Source: Bacteroidota bacterium (GTDB lineage: Bacteria > Bacteroidota > Bacteroidia > Bacteroidales > JAADGE01). Taken from it: a stretch of 64,000 nt of DNA. The translations under genes were made by a program, and so were the position numbers. Below the pieces are notes generated by a model. It was not told the origin of the DNA. It saw only the letters and a list, made by a program, of their open reading frames with translations, and did no database searches. Positions 26,701 to 35,700 of this stretch are shown here, in pieces (the stretch's first letter is position 1; every line of letters starts with the position of its first letter). The DNA is taken from positions 1,210 to 65,209 of the forward strand of contig JAJRUH010000023.1 of assembly GCA_024277895.1 (NCBI GenBank). The letters are read 5' to 3'.

Positions 26701-28377
26701 TAAATTATTATTTTTGACATTATAAACCGCATTAATCAACGGATATAAATCCGCATCTCGGGCTCTTTTAACACCTTTTGAAATAATATTTATCACATCA
26801 TAATCTTTTTTATCAAAAAAGAACTTAATATAATCAAATAATTTCTGCTTTACTGTAACATACTTTGTATCTGCATTATAGTCAAGAAATCCTTCATACC
26901 ATAAACCCATCAGCCGATGTATAACGCCTTCCGGACTTTGCCTCACAAATCGTGCATAGTCTTGTGCATAAAAACTTCTTGAACCTATTTTTCGGGTATA
27001 TCTTTTAATATCAAACAAAGGATTATTTAATTCATACATTCGAAGTTTTGTGAAATCTCTTTTTGTAAAATAATCTACGGATTTCAGACTTGCTTCATTT
27101 CCTAACTTAGAATAAAATCGTATTAAAGTATCTTGTGTATTCCAAGTTATATTATCGGCTTTAATATAAACTTTTTGATAGGAATCATAAAACGGCAAAT
27201 TTCCGCTTCCTTCACTGTTACGTGTAAAAGAAAATTCATTGTGTGTAATTTGAAAATTTACGTTTGGATGTGTTATAGAATCTGTTTTACCTATAAACAA
27301 TGCAATTGCAGCTTTATTAGAACGTAAAAGACTGTCTTCTGAAGAAAACTCTTTTGATTTTGCTTCAAAGAATAATTTCCCGTTTTTTACATATTTTGCT
27401 GTTGCCTTAATACTGTCGGAACCCACGTATTTTAACACAGCTCCTTTCATTTTAATTCCGCTCAAAAATGAAATATTTTTTTGTTTGCTTTTAACTTCAT
27501 AATTATAGTTATAAGATGTAAAAACAGGATAAAAACCCTGATTCCTGGCACGTTTAGATGCTTTATCATGAATACTTCCCAATATCGGATAATCTAAAAT
27601 TCGTTTATTTGTATAACTTACCGAATCGGCTTTATATTCATTTTTATGTAAATTAATCGTATATTTTTTTAAATATGCTTTTATTACAGAAGGAGAATAT
27701 CCGAAATATTTCCAATTTACATTGCCTCCTATACCTTTAAACTTTGATTGTAATAAAATAAAAGAACCGTCGGCATTATTGATTCTTAATGTATCACCGT
27801 CCGAACTGTATGATTCAAGTATTATATTTTTTAATCCGATAAAAAATAGTGCTTTTTTATTATCAAATTGAAATTTGTAAGTCCCTTTCGTATATTTCCA
27901 TACCGAAGATTTTATTTTCATTAAATAATTATCAGTAATAAATTGATAAATTCCGTTAATAAAAAACTTCATTTTTGAAGATGTTAAACCTGCAGTATGC
28001 AATAATTTATCATAATAATTTAACCAAATTTTAAAATCAGATGAACGTTCACTTCGTAATTTTGCAATAGTTTCTATAAAGTACCAAAAAGTGGTATTTT
28101 TGTCAAAATGCTTTTCTGTATTATAATTTATTACTTTTGTTATTAAAATTCTTTCCTCTTTATCAAATTGTGAGATCCACATTTCGTTTAACACAGAAAT
28201 AATAGAATCTTTTCTTTGTAAAATAGTGTCTTTAACAATATTTTCAGGATTTATTTCGTAATAAGTCTTTAATTCGGAAAATAAACTGTCAGCAGTAAAA
28301 ACTTTACTGTTCTGAGAATAACCCGACAAAGAAAATGTAATTATTATACCAAACAGAAGGAAGAAATGTTTTTTCAT
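23722..28377 (-). CDS. Large (1551 aa) secreted protein of unknown function
   Basis: Long uninterrupted ORF. Signal peptide MKKHFFLLFGIIITFSLSGYSQ, K/N/Y/F-rich, acidic tail DNFEDNSDDTGEENN. I recognised no domain. Confidence 0.7.
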   Translation of the reverse strand: MKKHFFLLFGIIITFSLSGYSQNSKVFTADSLFSELKTYYEINPENIVKDTILQRKDSIISVLNEMWISQFDKEERILITKVINYNTEKHFDKNTTFWYFIETIAKLRSERSSDFKIWLNYYDKLLHTAGLTSSKMKFFINGIYQFITDNYLMKIKSSVWKYTKGTYKFQFDNKKALFFIGLKNIILESYSSDGDTLRINNADGSFILLQSKFKGIGGNVNWKYFGYSPSVIKAYLKKYTINLHKNEYKADSVSYTNKRILDYPILGSIHDKASKRARNQGFYPVFTSYNYNYEVKSKQKNISFLSGIKMKGAVLKYVGSDSIKATAKYVKNGKLFFEAKSKEFSSEDSLLRSNKAAIALFIGKTDSITHPNVNFQITHNEFSFTRNSEGSGNLPFYDSYQKVYIKADNITWNTQDTLIRFYSKLGNEASLKSVDYFTKRDFTKLRMYELNNPLFDIKRYTRKIGSRSFYAQDYARFVRQSPEGVIHRLMGLWYEGFLDYNADTKYVTVKQKLFDYIKFFFDKKDYDVINIISKGVKRARDADLYPLINAVYNVKNNNLTVFGVNQVILNKRKKVGFVPSNKIFVIGKNRDMYFSGRLRTGMADFYGKDFYFNYENYDIHINKGDSLVYRIWDKDFSETSEKDKPVFLTSAIENISGLIQIDLKTNKSGAKNIPKFPLFKCQDTSYVYYDRRSKHADAYKRERFYFKNYPFKHDSLLYLTKYNLKIPGKMITGGIVPDFEDTLTVQKDYSLGFIHQTPKEGIDLFNGKVSLSARNSTLRSFIKLSNDGLVANGVAKWNNTTITTKDFNLYPDSLTALADQIDISKYINEDTYAEFPEVHGKMVSTVWDAVNDVVRYKTTKDNPVKMYDGKSSFEGEFEYRPKSLTGKGNFKLGEGIITADDFVFNKESLFSDKANISIKEKNSEIKDVIINNMKSFVDIKSGKAVFAKIKGEKSSVEFVNDKYISYPNHLVWHTGEGKINMGYNMNRFTNPKFSREAQLLDSAYLIDICRFDKSLFMPDYGNMKFISTDPGKDSLMFFGSVANYYTGNHKIIVKDVQKIIVADIVVTPSSDVIIDKNGDMEKLLKTTVKARGLHNISDVDIKISSSKTYVASSGIYQYEDMNGKLENINFDNITYDQQKGASVAHGFVEQYEKFKLNPWFDYYGDVYFNASKDRLRFEGFAKIIHSCNIAKPKWFYFKSKIDPDSIYLPLEPFLHSDLEASKARIYADIMSAKDSIYTFPVFLSSDPYGNSESILSVRDSSYYVTYSQNNNRYEITTLEKFNNRTLPGNYLDLNRTYCIVNGEGHIKYSKSVKINDLGGVGDIRYDTNSGEVTMQTLTYLDFFISKKALNILRDKLISNISLNSLRVRENSYKKPIYELLGVEATDKMLEEMSVNSGQPKRFPEKLNKTLVFTNLDFKWDPISKSYKSVGKIGVLSIGNRMINKYVNGHIQIKKRRTGDIIYIYLETAENEWFFFTFSGSIMRTISSVHEYNKIIEDLKTKNKRFKTDRGIYNYMLTNEETKNLFIYEFTGKHPAIDNFEDNSDDTGEENN

Positions 28378-28411
28378 TTCAAAATATTTAATTAGTTAAT
28401 AACAGAGAATA

Positions 28412-28431
28412 ATTTCTGTGCATCTGTGCAA
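28412..28431. repeat. Solo fragment of the ctgtg-type repeat family
   Basis: atttctgtgcatctgtgcaa closely matches the end of the 52311-52636 array (atttctgtggtatctgtgcaa). It lies 35 nt upstream of the start of the 1551-aa gene. Confidence 0.5.
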
Positions 28432-28527
28432 GGCAAAAATAATTAAATTAGTACATCACAGCTATAAAATTAATAATTTATCAGATATTTAGTGAATTTT
28501 TAATAAAAAATATGAAATTTGCAAACT

Positions 28528-28794
28528 ATGAATACAATCAAAAAAATATTCAAAACACTTCTGATGATTTTGATTATTACCGTATTTACTTATGCTGTTA
28601 TGGCAGTTATAACTAATTTCTCTTTAAATTACAAATTACCTGATTATACATTTTCTCTGAGTTTACTGTCTGTTTTTGATATAAATACGGATATTTTTCA
28701 CTTTTTTATCGGCTTTATTATCCTTAATATTATATGGATAAGCACAGCAATAATAATTTGGCTAATCACAAAGTTAATACATCATAAAATATGA
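28528..28794 (+). CDS. Small membrane protein, hypothetical
   Basis: Two or three hydrophobic helices. ATG at 28528 is preferred over the TTG at 28519. ATGA overlap with the next gene. Confidence 0.45.
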   Translation: MNTIKKIFKTLLMILIITVFTYAVMAVITNFSLNYKLPDYTFSLSLLSVFDINTDIFHFFIGFIILNIIWISTAIIIWLITKLIHHKI

Positions 28795-29846
28795 AATTTT
28801 CAGCAATTATTATTACAATTATTTTTTTTCTCGGAAAAACAAGCATTGCACAAGATTTAAAACCTTATGAATTTCCTCGCGGGAATATGCGTTTAATGTT
28901 TTACAATTGTGAGAATTTTTTCGACACATTTGACGACACATTAAAGATCGACGAATCATTCTTACCTACAGGAGATCATCATTGGACACTTGCAAAATAT
29001 TATAAAAAAGTTTACAATATTTCTAAAGTAATTACGGCTGTCGGGCAATGGAGTCTTCCTGAAATTGTCGGTCTGTGTGAAATTGAAAATCGCAAAGTCC
29101 TCGAAGATTTAACAAAAAAAACAGATCTTAAAAAATTTCATTACAAAATTATTCACAAAGAATCTCCGGACAGACGCGGAATTGATGTTGGTTTCTTATA
29201 CAGGCCGGATAAATTTTTTCCGATAAACTATGAAGCAATTCGTGTAAAATTTCCGTTTGATGCAAACAAACCGACCAGAGACATTCTTTATGTAAAAGGA
29301 ACAAATATTTATAAAGACACACTGCATATTTTCATAAATCACTGGCCTTCAAGATGGGGCGGACAAGCAGAAACCGACAGAAAACGTAAATTTGCAGCTT
29401 CTGTATTAAGAGCAAAAGTTGACTCCTTATTTAAAGCAGACGACAACCCGAATATTATTATTATGGGCGATTTAAATGACTACCCTACAAACAACAGCGT
29501 TGTTAAAGTACTTAGAGCCAAAACTTCTTTTGATAATATTCAAAATGAAAGTTTATATAATTTAGCCTATTATCTTCAGGAAATTAAAGGAAAAGGCTCT
29601 CTCAAGCATAACGGAGAATGGGGTGTTTTAGACCAAATAATAGTTTCGGGGATATTATTAAATAAAAAAAATAAAATACATACCACCCCGGATAATGTCC
29701 ATGTTTTTGAAGCACCTTTTTTATTAGAACCCGATAATAATTATACCGGAGTAAAACCTTTCAGAACATATCTGGGATTTAAATTTCACGATGGTTACAG
29801 CGATCATTTACCTGTGTATATTGACCTTTTTGAAACTAAGAAATAA
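28791..29846 (+). CDS. Secreted endonuclease/exonuclease/phosphatase (EEP) family protein
   Basis: 351 aa. Signal peptide. EEP motifs [24 protein letters not shown]. Confidence 0.8.
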   Translation: MKFSAIIITIIFFLGKTSIAQDLKPYEFPRGNMRLMFYNCENFFDTFDDTLKIDESFLPTGDHHWTLAKYYKKVYNISKVITAVGQWSLPEIVGLCEIENRKVLEDLTKKTDLKKFHYKIIHKESPDRRGIDVGFLYRPDKFFPINYEAIRVKFPFDANKPTRDILYVKGTNIYKDTLHIFINHWPSRWGGQAETDRKRKFAASVLRAKVDSLFKADDNPNIIIMGDLNDYPTNNSVVKVLRAKTSFDNIQNESLYNLAYYLQEIKGKGSLKHNGEWGVLDQIIVSGILLNKKNKIHTTPDNVHVFEAPFLLEPDNNYTGVKPFRTYLGFKFHDGYSDHLPVYIDLFETKK

Positions 29847-31375
29847 TGCAAGATAAAATTTTAATTTTAGATTTCGGCTCACAATATACACAACTTATTG
29901 CCCGTAAAATAAGAGAACTGAACATTTACTGTGAAATTCATCCCTACAATCATTTTCCGAGTATTGACAAAACCGTTAAAGGAGTAATACTTTCCGGGAG
30001 CCCTTTTTCCGTCAGAGACAGCGATGCTCCGATACCTGATTTAACAAAAATAAAAGGAAAAATCCCATTACTCGGAATTTGCTACGGAGCGCAACATTTA
30101 GCACATCACTACGGCGGAAAAGTAGCTCCCTCAAAACATCGCGAATACGGAAGAGCAAATCTTCAAATTAAAGATAAAAACGATATTTTATTCAGAAATA
30201 TTGAAGATAATTCGCAGGTGTGGATGTCGCACGCCGACACAATTACCGAAATTCCTGAAAATTTTATGATAACCGGAGATACCGAAAGCATAAAAACAGG
30301 TGCATTTAAAATTAAAAACGAAAAAACTTACGGTTTGCAATTTCATCCCGAAGTTTATCATTCGACTTTCGGAAAAGAAATTTTAAAAAATTTTGCCGTA
30401 GGCGTATGCAATATTGAGCAAAACTGGACACCTGCTTCCTACATTGAAACAGCAATAAACGAACTGAAAAATAAATTAGCCGGCGATAAAGTTATTTTGG
30501 GTTTATCGGGTGGTGTAGATTCTACGGTTGCAGCCGTTTTACTTCACAAAGCAATAGGTAAAAATTTGTATTGCATTTTCGTAGATAACGGATTGCTTCG
30601 CAAAAACGAATTTGAAGATGTTCTGAAATCATACAAAGGAATGGGGCTTAACGTTACCGGAATTGATGCAAAGCAGGATTTCTACAAAACTCTGCAAGGC
30701 ATTTCCGACCCCGAAAAAAAACGAAAAGCAATAGGAAATACTTTTATTGAAATTTTTGACCGAGAAGCAAAAAAAATAAAAGACGTAAAATGGCTTGCTC
30801 AAGGCACTATTTATCCTGATGTTATAGAATCTGTTTCGGTAAAAGGTCCTTCGGCAACAATAAAATCTCACCATAATGTAGGCGGCTTGCCCGATTATAT
30901 GAAATTGAAAATTGTTGAACCTTTGCGACTTCTTTTTAAAGATGAAGTAAGACGCGTAGGAGCAAATTTGAATATAAACAAAGAACTTCTCGGAAGGCAT
31001 CCGTTTCCGGGTCCCGGGCTGGGGATTAGAATTCTCGGAGAAATTACACCCGAGAAAGTTCAAATTTTGCAAGATGCCGATGCAATTTTTATTAATGAAC
31101 TTAAAAATAATAATCTTTATAATGAAGTTTGGCAAGCTGCAACAATTTTGCTTCCGGTAAAATCGGTAGGTGTAATGGGTGACGAACGAACTTATGAAAA
31201 TACCGTTGTTTTACGTGCCGTTTCATCCGTTGACGGAATGACGGCGGATTGGTCGCATTTACCTCACGAATTTCTGGCAACAGTTTCAAATAAAATAATA
31301 AACAGGGTAAAAGGCATTAACAGAGTTGTTTATGATATAAGCTCAAAACCTCCTGCAACTATTGAATGGGAATGA
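29846..31375 (+). CDS. guaA: GMP synthase (glutamine-hydrolysing)
   Basis: 509 aa. GATase domain (GICYGAQ), ATP-PPase P-loop [14 protein letters not shown]-terminus KPPATIEWE. Confidence 0.95.
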   Translation: MQDKILILDFGSQYTQLIARKIRELNIYCEIHPYNHFPSIDKTVKGVILSGSPFSVRDSDAPIPDLTKIKGKIPLLGICYGAQHLAHHYGGKVAPSKHREYGRANLQIKDKNDILFRNIEDNSQVWMSHADTITEIPENFMITGDTESIKTGAFKIKNEKTYGLQFHPEVYHSTFGKEILKNFAVGVCNIEQNWTPASYIETAINELKNKLAGDKVILGLSGGVDSTVAAVLLHKAIGKNLYCIFVDNGLLRKNEFEDVLKSYKGMGLNVTGIDAKQDFYKTLQGISDPEKKRKAIGNTFIEIFDREAKKIKDVKWLAQGTIYPDVIESVSVKGPSATIKSHHNVGGLPDYMKLKIVEPLRLLFKDEVRRVGANLNINKELLGRHPFPGPGLGIRILGEITPEKVQILQDADAIFINELKNNNLYNEVWQAATILLPVKSVGVMGDERTYENTVVLRAVSSVDGMTADWSHLPHEFLATVSNKIINRVKGINRVVYDISSKPPATIEWE

Positions 31376-31519
31376 TAAGTTGAAAGGAAAAAGTAAAAAG
31401 GATAAAGTTGAAAGGATAAAGTTGAAAGTAAAAAGGAAAAAGTTCAGAGAGACACTTTACCGGATAGTATCTTTTTGAATAATCCTGATAAATAACTTTC
31501 AACTTTTAACTTTCAACTG
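31376..31519. repeat. Short direct repeats (aagttgaaag x3) with inverted copies (ctttcaact x2)
   Basis: Direct copies start at about 31378, 31406 and 31419. Inverted copies lie at about 31497 and 31511. Located between the convergent guaA and moxR. Confidence 0.6.
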
Positions 31520-32506
31520 TTAAGGAACTTCAACGGCGTTCAAAATTCCGGTAATAATATTTTCGGAAGTAATATTTTCGGCTTCGGCTTCATAAGTTAA
31601 ACCTATACGATGACGCATAACATCTTTACAAACAGCTCTTACGTCTTCCGGAAAAACAGCCCCTCTGTGTTGAATGAATGCATACGCTTTTGCGGCAAGA
31701 GCCATATTAATTCCGGCTCTCGGCGATGCACCGAACGAAATTAAACTTTTGTATTCCGACAAACCGAAATCTTCCGGATATCGTGAAGCAAATACAATAT
31801 CTACAATATATTTTTCGATTTTTTCATCAAGATAAATTTCTTTAACCAAATCTTTTGCTCTTAAAATATCTTCGGTTTTCAGCAAAGTTTTTACTTCGGG
31901 ATATTCCTTTGCAATATTTTGACGAATAATTAATTGCTCTTCCGATTTTTTCGGATAGTCAATAACAACTTTAAGCATAAATCTGTCAACTTGTGCTTCC
32001 GGCAAAGGATAGGTTCCTTCCTGCTCTATCGGGTTTTGTGTTGCCAAAACCAAAAAAGGTTCGTCTAATTTATAGGTATTTTCACCTATTGTAATTTGTT
32101 TTTCCTGCATTGCTTCCAACAAGGCGCTTTGCACTTTTGCGGGAGAACGGTTAATTTCGTCGGCTAAAATAAAATTTGCAAACAAGGGTCCTTTTTTTGT
32201 AATAAATTCTTCCGATTTATGACTGTAAATCATAGTTCCGAGCAAATCGGCGGGAAGCAAGTCCGGAGTAAACTGAATACGGCTGAATTTTGCATTAATA
32301 ATTTTTGCAAGAGAAGTGATTGCAAGAGTTTTAGCCAAACCCGGAACACCTTCCAACAAAATATGACCTCCTGTCAATAAACCCGTTAACAAACTGTTAA
32401 TCATATGCTTTTGCCCTATAATTACACTATTCATTTCGCCGGTAATAGTTTCAATAAAACTACTTTCGTTTTTTATTTTTTCATTTAATTCTTTTATATC
32501 AGTCAT
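31520..32506 (-). CDS. MoxR-family AAA+ ATPase
   Basis: 328 aa. Walker A EGVPGLAKT, ADEINRSPAKVQSALLEAMQE, typical AAA_3/MoxR. Confidence 0.9.
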   Translation of the reverse strand: MTDIKELNEKIKNESSFIETITGEMNSVIIGQKHMINSLLTGLLTGGHILLEGVPGLAKTLAITSLAKIINAKFSRIQFTPDLLPADLLGTMIYSHKSEEFITKKGPLFANFILADEINRSPAKVQSALLEAMQEKQITIGENTYKLDEPFLVLATQNPIEQEGTYPLPEAQVDRFMLKVVIDYPKKSEEQLIIRQNIAKEYPEVKTLLKTEDILRAKDLVKEIYLDEKIEKYIVDIVFASRYPEDFGLSEYKSLISFGASPRAGINMALAAKAYAFIQHRGAVFPEDVRAVCKDVMRHRIGLTYEAEAENITSENIITGILNAVEVP

Positions 32507-32769
32507 TTTTTTGTTTTTTAAAATTACTGCAAAAATAAAAAAGCTTTAGTTCTTTTAATATTTATTACGAAAAAATTTACCTTTTATTATCTTTAAATGT
32601 ATCTTAATACAAACTTTAAAAGTTACGGTATTTAATTACAAATTAAACTCATAATTACAGAAAATATTTCCTGTAAAATATTTAATATTATTTTGAGCAT
32701 TCTTTATGCAACTATTATAAAAATCATACGTCTGTTATATAATATTAATCTAAGAATCAATATCAAATT

Positions 32770-35700
32770 ATGAAGAAATCAATACTCCTTGCAATATTTT
32801 TTGCGATAATGTGTTTTTCTGTCGGTTTCGCTCAAAAAACCGGAGTTATTAAACTAAAAACAGATAAAAACAAATTTGAGGTTCAATTCCTGAAAAACAA
32901 TGAATTTACAATATCAAATTCAATTTCTGAGGTTTTATTAAAATCTGAGAATACGAAAAAAGGGGAGTTTATTAATCTGTACGGAAGTAATTTAGTTAAA
33001 ACTTTTAATAAAGGGATGCCTGATATTCCTGTAATTTCTAAATTAATTGAAGTCCCGCAAAATGCAAAAGTTAAAATAACCGTGGTATCCTACAACGAAG
33101 AAATAATTGATTTAGGAAAAAAAGGTATTAATAAAAAAATAATGCCTTCACAACCGTCTTTAAGAAAAGATATTAACTCTTCTGATGTTCCGTTTTATTA
33201 TAATGAAAAAATATATAAAACCGATGCTTTCTATTCACAAGGTAAAATTGCTGATTATAAAGATGCAGGACAAATGAGAGATTCTCATATCGGACATATT
33301 CAAATTATGCCTTTTGCATATAATCCGGTAAAAAACCTTTTAAAAGTTTACAATAATATTAAATTAAAAATTGAATTCATAAATGCTGATTGGTCAAAAA
33401 CAGAACAAATAAAAAAGGAATATACTTCACCTTTTTTTTCAGGTGCAAATACATCAGCCGTAATAAATTCGAAAATGTTTAATTTATCTTCAAAAGCTCT
33501 TGTTCAATCAACTCCGGTAACTTATGTTATCGTAGCAGACCCGTCATTTCATGATGCACTGCAAGCTTTCATTACTTGGAAAAAGTTAAAAGGTTTTGAC
33601 GTAATTGAAGCATATACGGATAATCCCGATGTAGGTTCAACAGTTTCTTCTATAAAATCATATTTACAAAACTTATATAATAATCCTGCTCAAGGACATA
33701 ATGCACCCTCATTTATTCTGATTGTAGGAGACATTGATAAAATTCCTGCCGCACAACATACCGAAGTTGCTGATAGTCCCTATTCTGATTTAGATTATGC
33801 CGAATATACAGGCGATTATTTACCTGAAGTAAATTTCGGTCGTTGGTCTGCTGATAATGCAACTCAGGTTACAGACATTGCAAATAAAACCATAAGATAT
33901 GAAAAATACGAAATGGCAGATCCTTCTTATCTCGGTCAAACATTTTTAATTGCAGGTGATGATGAAGGACACGAAGATACATACGGCGGAGGTGCAATTT
34001 ATTATGCCGACCGATATTATACAAACTCTGCACACGGAATTTATTCTCATACATTTCTACAAAGTACTATTGAAACCTGGGGCGGGAACACTCAGGGTAA
34101 TGCTCAAGCTCATGATTCCATCATTACAGACATTAATAATGGTGTGGCATTGGCAAATTACACCGCTCACTGTAGTCCTGACGGATGGTTTAGCCCTTCT
34201 TTCACACAAAATGATTTAAATAATTACATTACAAACACCGATAAATTCGGACTTTGGATCGGAAACTGCTGTCAATCAAATAAATTTGATGAAAATGAAG
34301 CATTTGCAGAATTGGCAATCAGAAAGCCAAATGCCGGAGTTATAGGTTATATAGGCGGTTCTCAATATACCTATTGGGACGAAGATTATTGGTGGGGTGT
34401 AGGAGTCGGCAGCATCGTTGCTCAGCCGACATACGAAAGTACTACTGAAGGAAGTTACGACGGTGTTTTCCATGACCAAGCAAATGAGACTAATGATATA
34501 TCGAAATGGTTTCCGACAAATTATCAAATGATTTTAGCCGGAAATCTTGCTGTAGAAGCATCTACATCCGGTCTTAAACCATATTATTGGGTTATATATC
34601 AACTTGCCGGGGATCCTTCAGTTTCTTCATATATCGGAGTTCCGGAAGCTATGACAGTAACTCCTTCACCTGCCACACTAATGATGGGAATGACTTCTCT
34701 AAACGTATCATCTGCACCATATAGTTATGTTGCTTTATCGCAAAACGGAACTTTGATTGCTACGGCTTTATCTGATGCTACAGGAAATGCAAGTTTGTCA
34801 TTTGCAAGTAATGCTCTCTTCGTTGGTAATGCAGACCTTGTTGTAACATGTCAAAATAAACAACCTTATATCGGAACTGTAAAAGTAAACCCTGCCGATG
34901 AACCGTATGTTGTATTAAACTCATATACTACAAGTGCATCACCTGATTACGGACAATCAATAACACTTAACGTAACATTAGAAAATGTTGCTGTAAGCGG
35001 CAGCGGTTACGATGCAGGCAATGTTAATGCTGTCATTTCGACCTCAGATTCCTATGTAACAATAACAGACAGTACTGAAACATACGGAACAATTATCGCC
35101 GGAGAAAAAATATTAATTGATAATGCTTTTGCAATAACAATTGCAGATAATGTTCCCGACCAACATATTATCAGTTTTGATATGGCAATTACTGCCGATG
35201 ACGGATATTCTTGGGATGCAACTATAAATGTTATCGCAAATGCCCCTTTATTAGAGATTGGTTCTCTTGTAATAAATGACATTACAGGTAATAACAATAA
35301 CATTTTAGATCCCGGAGAAAATGCAGATATTGTAATCCAAACAACAAATAAGGGACATGCAGATATTGCAAATACTGCCGGAACACTCTTGTATTCAGGA
35401 AGTGATTTAACTATTAATTCTGCATCAACATTACCCTATAATTTATCCGTAAATGAGACACAACTGTTTGCTTTTAATGTTACCGTAAGCAATTCAGCTC
35501 AGGAGAATACTCCGATTACGGTTCAATATTCCGTTTCCGGAGGAAACAGCTCTCAATATACAAATAATAAAGATTTTGATTTGATTTTAGCTTATGCCGA
35601 ATACTGTGAATCAAGAGCGACAAGTTCAAGCGATTCAAGAATTGAAAATGTCATTTTCGGGCAAAATGTATTAAACAGTGAAATCTCAAATAACACAACA

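Noticed and set aside
30629-31135. 168-aa antisense ORF inside guaA, and similar antisense ORFs (for example 889..1194, 13576..13854, 43305..43622, 44195..44494, 56563..56865, 63310..63654)
   Set aside because: Each lies fully within a well-supported gene on the other strand and has the low-complexity F/I/K/N-rich composition expected from AT-rich antisense sequence.
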